Positions 9,843-17,402 of a DNA stretch of 64,000 nucleotides are shown here, piece after piece. Source of the DNA: Cenarchaeum sp. (lineage in GTDB: Archaea; Thermoproteota; Nitrososphaeria; Nitrososphaerales; Nitrosopumilaceae); NCBI GenBank assembly GCA_965212015.1, contig OZ243037.1, positions 1,664,001 through 1,728,000 on the forward strand, read 5' to 3'. Every line of letters begins with the position of its first letter. Position 1 is the first letter of the stretch. The notes under the pieces are model-generated. The model was given only the letters and a program-made list of their open reading frames with translations, searched no databases and was not told the DNA's origin. Made by a program: the position numbers and the translations under genes.

Positions 9843-10403
9843 ATGGCCCATACAAAGCCCATAGTCAGCATTGAGAATGTAGTGGCATCCGCATCAGTCG
9901 ACCAAAAAATCGATCTCAACGAGATTACAAAGAAAATTCCCGGCACAGAGTACAATCCCGAACAGTTTCCCGGACTAGTGTTCCGGCTGACCAATCCCAG
10001 GACTGCGACTCTCATATTCAGGACCGGCAAGATGGTATGTACGGGCTCCAAATCCGAAGAGATGGCAGTAAGCGCCGTGAGGACCGTGGTGCAGAGTCTG
10101 AGAAAAAAGGGCATAAAGATCAAAAAGGACGCAGTCGTAATCGTGCAGAATATAGTGGCCGCAGTAAACCTGGGCGGAAAGATACAGCTCGAGCGGGCAG
10201 CAAGAATCCTGCCGCGAAGCATGTACGAGCCAGAGCAGTTCCCCGGGCTCATCCACAGGATGCTGGACCCAAAGACCGTAATCCTCCTGTTTGCATCCGG
10301 AAAGCTAGTCTGCACGGGGGCAAAAAAAGAGTCCGATGTGTACCGTTCGGTGCACAACCTGCACTCGCTTCTGGAAGAGAAAAAGCTAATGACATACAAG
10401 TGA
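9843..10403 (+). CDS. tbp: TATA-box-binding protein
   Basis: Two repeats, NVVAS...YNPEQFPGLVFR and NIVAA...YEPEQFPGLIHR. TATATATA lies about 25-30 bp upstream. Confidence 0.98.
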   Translation: MAHTKPIVSIENVVASASVDQKIDLNEITKKIPGTEYNPEQFPGLVFRLTNPRTATLIFRTGKMVCTGSKSEEMAVSAVRTVVQSLRKKGIKIKKDAVVIVQNIVAAVNLGGKIQLERAARILPRSMYEPEQFPGLIHRMLDPKTVILLFASGKLVCTGAKKESDVYRSVHNLHSLLEEKKLMTYK

Positions 10404-10440
10404 ATGTTAATATAATATTCTGGCACGCCTTGAAGGTGGA

Positions 10441-10800
10441 TTGGAAATTACGGTGGATCCGTGGAAAAAGCTCATAATCCACGAGATAATCGAGTACAGG
10501 TTTGAGGACTGGGTGAGGCAGATCGCCTTTAGCAGCAGGACGTCGGGGGGCGGAATCCCGACTATGCAGTGGGCAAACGGGATTGTCTTTTCACCAATGA
10601 CGTTTCCCACCACGAATTCCGTGATGGAGGAGCAGCTAAAGGGCATACTTCACTGGTCGTCCATATCCTTTGCGATAAAGGAAAAGTTTGAAAAGCAGAT
10701 TGTCCAGGAAAACGCCACCATCAACCTGGTTGATGTGAGCACCAATGACATTTTCAACAAGCTGGCAGACGATCTGAGGCTGCGCTCAAAATACAAGTAA
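10441..10800 (+). CDS. Conserved archaeal hypothetical protein
   Basis: Normal codon usage; PWKKLIIHEI...WANGIVF resembles a cren/thaumarchaeal family commonly found beside tbp. Confidence 0.75.
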   Translation: MEITVDPWKKLIIHEIIEYRFEDWVRQIAFSSRTSGGGIPTMQWANGIVFSPMTFPTTNSVMEEQLKGILHWSSISFAIKEKFEKQIVQENATINLVDVSTNDIFNKLADDLRLRSKYK

Positions 10801-10804
10801 AATG

Positions 10805-11464
10805 CTAGTTGAACCCAAAGCTGGTCTCCTTGACTAGCTGGCCGTGCACCGCCTTTAGCGTGTACGTCTCGCCGGACTCCCATCCGTCCCCGCCTGCAAT
10901 CAGCAGAGTCGTGCACGAGATGCCCTTCCCTATGGCGCAAGTCTCTGTCCAGACTGTCCCGCCTGCACCGTCTGACACCGACAGGTCCAGCTCTCCGGAA
11001 TAGTCAGAGACACCGGATATGGAGATTACGTCTCCTGCCGTGTATGTAGCAGCATCCGTGCTTATGATTAAATCGATTGGCTCTGCTGCCGGCACTGCCA
11101 GGCCAGAGTATGCCAAATATGCCGAATATGCGGCGCCTACAAAGATTACCATCAGTAGCAAGGCGGCTATGCCGAGTATGGCTTTTTTTGATCTGGGTCT
11201 GAACTTGGAGAGGATTCTGCGCAGCCGCCCTGGCCCCTTGGGCTCCGGCTCAGGTTCGTGTACGGGCTCCGGTGCCGGCTCATCGACTGCATCCTCGACG
11301 TACTGCGGCCTGACAAATGCGTCTGCCAGATCCTTTACGTATTTTCGCTCGTGTATGGATATGACCTCGTCTTGCTGCGCTGCGCGCCTTATCCTGTTCA
11401 GGGTGTTCACGTCGCCCTTTTCGCGCCTTAATAGCTCATTTACGTCATCGAGTATAGAATCCAT
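10805..11464 (-). CDS. Hypothetical single-pass membrane protein with C-terminal Ig-like domain
   Basis: Transmembrane segment ILGIAALLLMVIFVGAAY; ISTDAATYTAGDVISISG Ig-like strand pattern. Confidence 0.7.
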   Translation of the reverse strand: MDSILDDVNELLRREKGDVNTLNRIRRAAQQDEVISIHERKYVKDLADAFVRPQYVEDAVDEPAPEPVHEPEPEPKGPGRLRRILSKFRPRSKKAILGIAALLLMVIFVGAAYSAYLAYSGLAVPAAEPIDLIISTDAATYTAGDVISISGVSDYSGELDLSVSDGAGGTVWTETCAIGKGISCTTLLIAGGDGWESGETYTLKAVHGQLVKETSFGFN

Positions 11465-11555
11465 CTGTATGTGGTGTGTGGACGGGGGATTTTATTCTTT
11501 GAGGTTGCCCTTACACCTGAAAGACTGTTATACCTGCCGGATCGGCACCACCATA

Positions 11556-11846
11556 ATGCCGCTGACCAACCCCGTGATTATACGGCTCAACGAGATTACC
11601 GTAATAGTCGAGGACAAGTCGAGTCCCACAAAAGACGAGCTGGATCTGATAAGGTCGGCCTTTGAGGTGATTCTCAGGGACGGCCACGACTATAACGTAG
11701 ACGAGATAGAGTCGTGGTTTGAGCACGAGGGCAGCTGGCACGACAGGGCGGTCAGAACCAGGATAACGAATCTCGCCCACTATGTCCAAAGCAAGCACGA
11801 GCAGACTTCCCGGCTAAAGATGGCGTCTGACGACTGCGGGTGCTAG
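11556..11846 (+). CDS. Conserved thaumarchaeal hypothetical protein
   Basis: MPLTNPVIIRLNEIT...YNVDEIESWFEHEGSW. The 5' extension in the ORF track is antisense to the previous gene. Confidence 0.7.
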   Translation: MPLTNPVIIRLNEITVIVEDKSSPTKDELDLIRSAFEVILRDGHDYNVDEIESWFEHEGSWHDRAVRTRITNLAHYVQSKHEQTSRLKMASDDCGC

Positions 11847-12064
11847 GCCTCCAGCTTTGCGAGCAGCCTGCCGGCAATCTTTGCGTTTTCCTGCCGCTGC
11901 CGCATAATCTCGTCTTGCCTGTCCTTTGTGCCGGTATTGTTTGTGATCATTCCAAAGTATTCGTCGTCAAGATCATTGTTGCTCTGAAGCCGCTTTATCA
12001 CCTCGAATAGTATCCCGATTACCTGCTTTTGCGCCTCAATCAGCTCGTCTTTTTGATCGGCCAC
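11843..12064 (-). CDS. Small helical hypothetical protein
   Basis: GTG start, MADQKDELIEAQKQVIGILFEVIKRLQSNNDLDDEYF. Confidence 0.7.
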   Translation of the reverse strand: MADQKDELIEAQKQVIGILFEVIKRLQSNNDLDDEYFGMITNNTGTKDRQDEIMRQRQENAKIAGRLLAKLEA

Positions 12065-12087
12065 GCACTGTACGTCATTCCATTCTA

Positions 12088-12621
12088 TTAATTTCCTTGC
12101 GAGGCCGTACCGCACAGTCCGTCCAGGATTTTTTTTAGCTCGGGGCTGCGGACCGATTTTTTTGCCGTATCCAGAAACGAAGACAGCTCTATGTTATGGT
12201 CCGAGTATGATACTGCCTGCATTGCCATCTCTAGCTTGTCAATCTCGTGGAGCAGTTCTGACTCTGCTGTCCTGCCGCCTGTGTATTCGGCCCATATGCC
12301 TGTATAGTCCTGCCTCAGATGTATGGGCAGGCAGGCGAGGATCTTTTTCATTGCCTCCTGCTCCTTTGCCCTTTTTTCGTCTGCGGGCATCTGCCTTGGG
12401 GTAATGTCGCCTGTCAGCGATTCTGCAAGATCGTGCAAAAGTGACATCTTTACCAGCTTGTGCGTGTCCAGCCTTAACGCGTCTCCCATCACCATGGCCA
12501 TAATGCTTGTACAGTAAGAGTGGTCTGCGACTGACTCGGGGGCCGGTATTCCGGCGTCTGCCCAGCCCTGCCTTGGTATGGATTTCAGCCCGGCTGCAAT
12601 CCTGAAAAAATCCCCGATCAA
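12088..12621 (-). CDS. HD-domain hydrolase (YfbR/HDDC2-like 5'-deoxynucleotidase)
   Basis: LKSIPRQGW, ESVADHS, LLHDLAE, DKLE. Confidence 0.9.
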   Translation of the reverse strand: MIGDFFRIAAGLKSIPRQGWADAGIPAPESVADHSYCTSIMAMVMGDALRLDTHKLVKMSLLHDLAESLTGDITPRQMPADEKRAKEQEAMKKILACLPIHLRQDYTGIWAEYTGGRTAESELLHEIDKLEMAMQAVSYSDHNIELSSFLDTAKKSVRSPELKKILDGLCGTASQGN

Positions 12622-12624
12622 GGC

Positions 12625-12750
12625 CTAGAACTTTCTAGAGTCGCCCTCAAGCAGTCCGGAACCGTGGTGGATTCTGTCAATGTGCTTTGAGAGCTCCTCT
12701 TTGCCGTCAAACTCGGAATCACAATACGGGCATGCGCTTTTCTCTGACAT
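12625..12750 (-). CDS. Small C2H2 zinc-finger protein (41 aa), missed by the ORF track
   Basis: MSEKSACPYCDSEFDGKEELSKHIDRIHHGSGLLEGDSRKF*; C-x2-C-x3-F-x5-L-x2-H-x4-H. Confidence 0.8.
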   Translation of the reverse strand: MSEKSACPYCDSEFDGKEELSKHIDRIHHGSGLLEGDSRKF

Positions 12751-12816
12751 GCGTATAATCTCTCAGTCTCGGTATTAAAGAGTTCGAATAAATATCGCAT
12801 GCTCAACTGTACAACG

Positions 12817-13350
12817 TTGAAGATCTATACTAGAACGGGCGATGACGGGACCACCGGCCTTCGTGGAAACAGGCGTACTCCAAAGTCCGATCCCAGGATA
12901 GCCGCATACGGGGCGATAGACGAGGCAAATTCCGTTCTGGGAGTGGCCCTGTCGCATGATATGGATGCAGACCTGTCTGCAATGATTACGCAGATTCAGG
13001 GCGAGCTGTTTGTGGCAGGAGCAGACCTGTCAAATCCGGACATGAATGACGGCAAAAACAGGGTCACAGGTACGATGGTGGAAAATTTGGAGGCGCTAAT
13101 AGACGGATTGGAGTGCGAGCTCGAGCCGCTGACAAACTTTATCCTTCCGGGCGGGGACGGCGCTGCTGCCATGGTGCACCTTGCGCGGACCGTAATCCGG
13201 CGCGCAGAGACCCATGTTGCAATGCTGGATGCAAAAGAGACAAACCCGCACTGTATGGCGTATATCAACCGGCTGGCAGACCTTTTGTTCGTGCTGGGCC
13301 GGACCTGCAACAGGCGCAAAGGCCACCCAGAGACGGTCTGGAATCCGTGA
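12817..13350 (+). CDS. pduO: ATP:cob(I)alamin adenosyltransferase, PduO type
   Basis: KIYTRTGDDGTT, YGAIDEANS, FILPGG, ARTVIRRAE, YINRLADLLF. Confidence 0.95.
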   Translation: MKIYTRTGDDGTTGLRGNRRTPKSDPRIAAYGAIDEANSVLGVALSHDMDADLSAMITQIQGELFVAGADLSNPDMNDGKNRVTGTMVENLEALIDGLECELEPLTNFILPGGDGAAAMVHLARTVIRRAETHVAMLDAKETNPHCMAYINRLADLLFVLGRTCNRRKGHPETVWNP

Positions 13351-13460
13351 ATCTTTCGTAGTAGGTTTAGGTTCAAGAGGGATCTTTGGATCAACAGGCA
13401 CCAGACCTAACAGGTTACAATCTTTCTGACACATGCTTTATTAGTCGTGAAAATACGGCG

Positions 13461-14615
13461 ATGCCATTGATGTCCAAAAAAATACTGCACGGTATGGTGT
13501 TTTTAATTGCAGTCTCACTGGTGGGACAGGCGTATGCGGCGTGTCCGCCCATGATGTCGCCTCCTGATTTTACCATAATGCCAGACGATAACACGCAGGT
13601 GCTAGTCGCATATTCCCACCATGACAGGATGCAAAGCCTGGTAATAGCCCCCGCGTTTCACGGGACTGCCACGGAATTCGGAATGGTCCTGCCGCTGCCA
13701 GACAGGCCAGAGATTACAGAGGCGAAAGAGTCGATATTCGACGATCTAAACGAGCTGACCTATTTCCGGACGGATATCTGGGAGTCCTCGCATCAGGCAT
13801 TCTCGGAGGGAGTCACCGTAATAGACACAAAGGACGTGGGCGACTTTGAGACTACAACGCTTACCGCCGAGAGCTCCGATGCGCTAATCTCGTGGCTTGA
13901 CGAAAACGGATACGAATACACGGCAAAAGACGCGGCGAATTTCGAGTACTATGTCCAGAAAACGGGATATTACTTTGTGGCGCTAAAGGTGAACATGGGC
14001 GAGGCCGCGCTAGATGAGCACGGGGGAATTGACGGCAGGCTAAGGCCAGTAGAGTTTTCATTTACGAGCGAGGCGCCGATGCTTCCCTTTAGGAGCATGG
14101 CCTCTGACATGGAACAGATGAGCCTTACGCTGTATACCGTCTCTGACTATGCGTACTATGTTCCGGGGACGAACGTCTCATTTGCAGCGCCCATACATGA
14201 CAGCTCATTTGCCCATTTCGTTTTGGAACGGTATGATCCGGCCGGAAAATGGCTGGTCCGCATGGACATGGACTTTGATCCGTTAACGATTGAAAGAAAC
14301 ATTGTACTGTCGCGCGCAGACGATATAAGGGACTCTGTCCGGATAAACGACGACTTGCTGCCATCAGACAGCGGGGTGCTAGCAGGCACATTTCCCGCAA
14401 TAGACCTGCCACCATTTGCAGAGTCTGTCGCGCCGCTAAAGCAGCAAAAAAGCGGAATTCCGGCAGATGCCATAGAGTGCGCCGAAGACATGCAGCTCAT
14501 GCTGCGCCCGAACCAGCAGGGCGCCTGCATAAGCGCAGACAGCATAACCCCGCTGTCAGAAAAGCAGTGGCAGGTCTCAAACCACTATACAGACGAGCTG
14601 GCCAGAATATCGTAA
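13461..14615 (+). CDS. Secreted DUF2330-like protein
   Basis: Signal peptide; EFGMVLPLP.RP, VGDFE, LISWLDENGY, YFVALK, LRPVEFSF, PMLP. Confidence 0.7.
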   Translation: MPLMSKKILHGMVFLIAVSLVGQAYAACPPMMSPPDFTIMPDDNTQVLVAYSHHDRMQSLVIAPAFHGTATEFGMVLPLPDRPEITEAKESIFDDLNELTYFRTDIWESSHQAFSEGVTVIDTKDVGDFETTTLTAESSDALISWLDENGYEYTAKDAANFEYYVQKTGYYFVALKVNMGEAALDEHGGIDGRLRPVEFSFTSEAPMLPFRSMASDMEQMSLTLYTVSDYAYYVPGTNVSFAAPIHDSSFAHFVLERYDPAGKWLVRMDMDFDPLTIERNIVLSRADDIRDSVRINDDLLPSDSGVLAGTFPAIDLPPFAESVAPLKQQKSGIPADAIECAEDMQLMLRPNQQGACISADSITPLSEKQWQVSNHYTDELARIS

Positions 14616-14717
14616 TACGGATACCGCAGATCCAAGGTACCGGCAAAACCGGAAATTTCTGCGGCCTCGTCTGCAAGGGATAACCTTTAATTCTACAATC
14701 GGAAAAATTTTCCGTGT

Positions 14718-14791
14718 GCCAGGGTAGCTCAGCCTGGGAGAGCACTCGGCTGAAGACCGAGCTGTCGCGCGTTCAAGTCCCGCCCCTGGCA
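14718..14791 (+). tRNA. tRNA-Phe(GAA), intronless
   Basis: Acceptor stem GCCAGGG/CCCTGGC, D arm GCTC/GAGC, anticodon stem CTCGG/CCGAG with loop CTGAAGA, TTCAAGT T loop. Confidence 0.97.
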
Positions 14792-14793
14792 CC

Positions 14794-14800
14794 TTTTTTT
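14794..14800 (+). terminator. Oligo-T archaeal terminator after tRNA-Phe
   Basis: T7 run immediately downstream of the tRNA 3' end. Confidence 0.6.
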
Positions 14801-14955
14801 GTATGCCGTGCGGTGTATGGCGGATTCGGGCCCGGGATGCTTTGATGGACTATACGCATGGCCCAAGCTCAGGCCTGTAGTCGGGGATTGGCCGGCATGC
14901 CGTATTACCAATAAGGTTAAATGAAAACAAGACCCATACAAAAGCGTCAAAAACC

Positions 14956-15375
14956 ATGGATTTTAGCAAAATCTTCCAAGTAAAGACCTACCTTATGACG
15001 TACCTAGTGACGGCCCTCGCCGTAATCTCGTTTTCGCAGTTTATGGTGCAGCTATTCGGGCAGACCATACCCAACATTATCTGGACGTTCTTCAAGGACG
15101 TGGGCGAGGCATTCGTGCTGGCAGCGGTGTTTGTGTTTGCCTTTGCGTGGATACTAAAGGCCAGGCCGCACAACCGGCCCAAAAACTATTCCATAGTCGT
15201 CTTTGACGTATTTGGTAAAGAGGCCGCACTTGACGGGATAAGGACCGAATTCAAGACGCATGATGTGGCATGGAGCTTTATGAAGCAGTACAAGAAATCA
15301 TACCCCCTGTACAACTTTGCCCTGGTGTCTAGCACGCCCCAGGCGGCAAAAAGGACGATATTCCGGTACATCTAG
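14956..15375 (+). CDS. Conserved membrane protein
   Basis: Two transmembrane helices followed by a soluble domain (RTEFKTHDVAWSFMKQYK). Confidence 0.75.
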   Translation: MDFSKIFQVKTYLMTYLVTALAVISFSQFMVQLFGQTIPNIIWTFFKDVGEAFVLAAVFVFAFAWILKARPHNRPKNYSIVVFDVFGKEAALDGIRTEFKTHDVAWSFMKQYKKSYPLYNFALVSSTPQAAKRTIFRYI

Positions 15376-15419
15376 CTTGTAAACTAGACTTTTATTCGTG
15401 GGTGTGTGGAAAAATCAAA

Positions 15420-17183
15420 ATGCAGTTCTCTGTATTGTCTGAGTCATTTGAAAGGATGGAGTCGACTGCCAAGCGGCTGGAGCTTACGGCTATTCTGGTG
15501 GAGCTGTTCCGGAATACGCCTGTTCCCGTACTGCCAAAGATAGTGTATTTGATTCAGGGCAAGCTGAGGCCGGACTATGAGGGAGTCGAGCTGGGAGTGG
15601 CAGAAAAGCTCGCCATTCGCGCAATCTCCAAGTCCTCCGGAGTTCCTACCAAGAAAATCACCAGTATATACCAGGAGGACGGCGATCTGGGACGCGCGGC
15701 TGCCAAGGCTATCCAGCTAAAGACACAGACGACGTTTCTAGTCCAGGACATTACAGTAGAGCGCGTCTATGACACTCTGCTAAAGATATCAAAGCTGTCA
15801 GGTGCCGGCTCGCAGGATATGAAGCTAAAGTATATCTCCAGCCTGCTCAATGATGCCACGCCGCAGGAGGCGAGCTTTTTGCTAAAGATTCTACTGGGCA
15901 CGCTCCGGCTTGGAATAGCGGAAAATACCGTAATGGACGCACTGGCTGTTGCCTTTACGCAGGACAAGAAAAACAGGGAGATATTAGAGCAGGCGTATAA
16001 CGTATCAAGTGACCTGGGCCGCGTGGCAGAGTCTGTTGCCTCTGACGGCCTGCAGGGGGTTGAGGACTATACGGTGGCAGTCTTTCACCCGGTGCGCCCA
16101 ATGCTTGCGGACCGCGTCAAAAGCGAGCGCGAGTCAATTGAAAAGCTTGGGGAGAACTTTGCAGCAGAGTTCAAGCTAGACGGCGAGCGGGTGCAGGTGC
16201 ACGTAAAGGACGGCCGTGCCGTACTGTTCTCGCGCAGCTTGGAGAACATTACGAGCTATTATCCGGACATTGCAGAAAAGATTCCCGGCATACTGAATGC
16301 AAAGGAGGCCATACTGGAGGCAGAAGCTGTAGCGATAAACGAGGACTCCGGCGAGTTTCTGCCGTTTCAGGAGCTCATGCATAGGAGGCGAAAGTACAAG
16401 ATTGAAAAGGCTGTATCAGAGTATCCGATTACCGTGAATTTTTTTGACGTCCTGTATGTGGACGGGCGCAGCTGCCTGGATAAGCAATATTCTGAGCGCC
16501 GCAAGCTGCTTGAGGGGATTGTGCCAGAAGGCGACTATGCAAAGTGCGTCCAGATGGAGATTGTGCATACGGAGGGCGACATTGAGGATGTGCTGGAGAA
16601 TAGCATCAATTCCGGATGCGAGGGCCTCATGCTAAAGATGCTTGATGCGCCGTACCGTGCAGGCTCGCGGGGAAGCTATTGGCTAAAGCTGAAAAGGGAG
16701 TACAGAAACGAGCTCGGCGACAGCCTTGATCTTATAGTGGTGGGTGCGTTTTTTGGCCGGGGCCGCAGGACGGGAAAATACGGGACGCTTTTGCTCTCCA
16801 CGTATAACGATGATGCGGACACGTACCCGAGCATCTGCAAGGTCGGAACCGGGTTTACCGACGAGTACTTGGACCAGCTGTACCAGCTGCTCTCGCCAAA
16901 GGTAATACTAAAGAAACACCCAAAGGTGGACAGCGAGATGGAGGCCGACGTGTGGTTTGAGCCCGAATTGGTAATCGAGATTGTGGCTTCTGAGATAACG
17001 CTGAGCCCGATTCACAAGACTGCGCTGAATGCTGTCAGAAAAAACAGCGGCCTTGCCCTGAGGTTCCCAAAGTTTACCGGAAAGATACGGACCGAAAAGT
17101 CAATAGAGGACGCATCGACTGACCAGGAAATAATTGCGCTGTTCCGGGGGCAAAAAAAGATATCGCAGAATTATCCGGGTTAA
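15420..17183 (+). CDS. lig: ATP-dependent DNA ligase
   Basis: Motif I EFKLDGERVQVH, EGLMLK, WLKLKREY, LRFPKF. Confidence 0.98.
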   Translation: MQFSVLSESFERMESTAKRLELTAILVELFRNTPVPVLPKIVYLIQGKLRPDYEGVELGVAEKLAIRAISKSSGVPTKKITSIYQEDGDLGRAAAKAIQLKTQTTFLVQDITVERVYDTLLKISKLSGAGSQDMKLKYISSLLNDATPQEASFLLKILLGTLRLGIAENTVMDALAVAFTQDKKNREILEQAYNVSSDLGRVAESVASDGLQGVEDYTVAVFHPVRPMLADRVKSERESIEKLGENFAAEFKLDGERVQVHVKDGRAVLFSRSLENITSYYPDIAEKIPGILNAKEAILEAEAVAINEDSGEFLPFQELMHRRRKYKIEKAVSEYPITVNFFDVLYVDGRSCLDKQYSERRKLLEGIVPEGDYAKCVQMEIVHTEGDIEDVLENSINSGCEGLMLKMLDAPYRAGSRGSYWLKLKREYRNELGDSLDLIVVGAFFGRGRRTGKYGTLLLSTYNDDADTYPSICKVGTGFTDEYLDQLYQLLSPKVILKKHPKVDSEMEADVWFEPELVIEIVASEITLSPIHKTALNAVRKNSGLALRFPKFTGKIRTEKSIEDASTDQEIIALFRGQKKISQNYPG

Positions 17184-17339
17184 TGGACTAGGCAACTCAG
17201 GAAGCATAAAGTTCATCATAGAAGGCAGGAAGATTACAGTAAAGACAGAACACAAGTGATTATGACAACAAACGAATATTTTTTAGACACTCACAAATAT
17301 AACAGGCTAAAATCTATCTCCGTTATCTTGACACGCACA

Positions 17340-17373
17340 CGCCTACAGGCTTACATCGCCTACAGGCTTACAT
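17340..17373. repeat. Perfect 17-bp tandem duplication
   Basis: CGCCTACAGGCTTACAT occurs twice, at 17340-17356 and 17357-17373. Confidence 0.9.
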
Positions 17374-17402
17374 AAAACAAGACCAATTTTCGAGGAGCCG
17401 CT

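Noticed and set aside
12618-12806. 62-aa ORF-track call
   Set aside because: Wrong frame; the overlapping 41-aa C2H2 ORF is much better supported.
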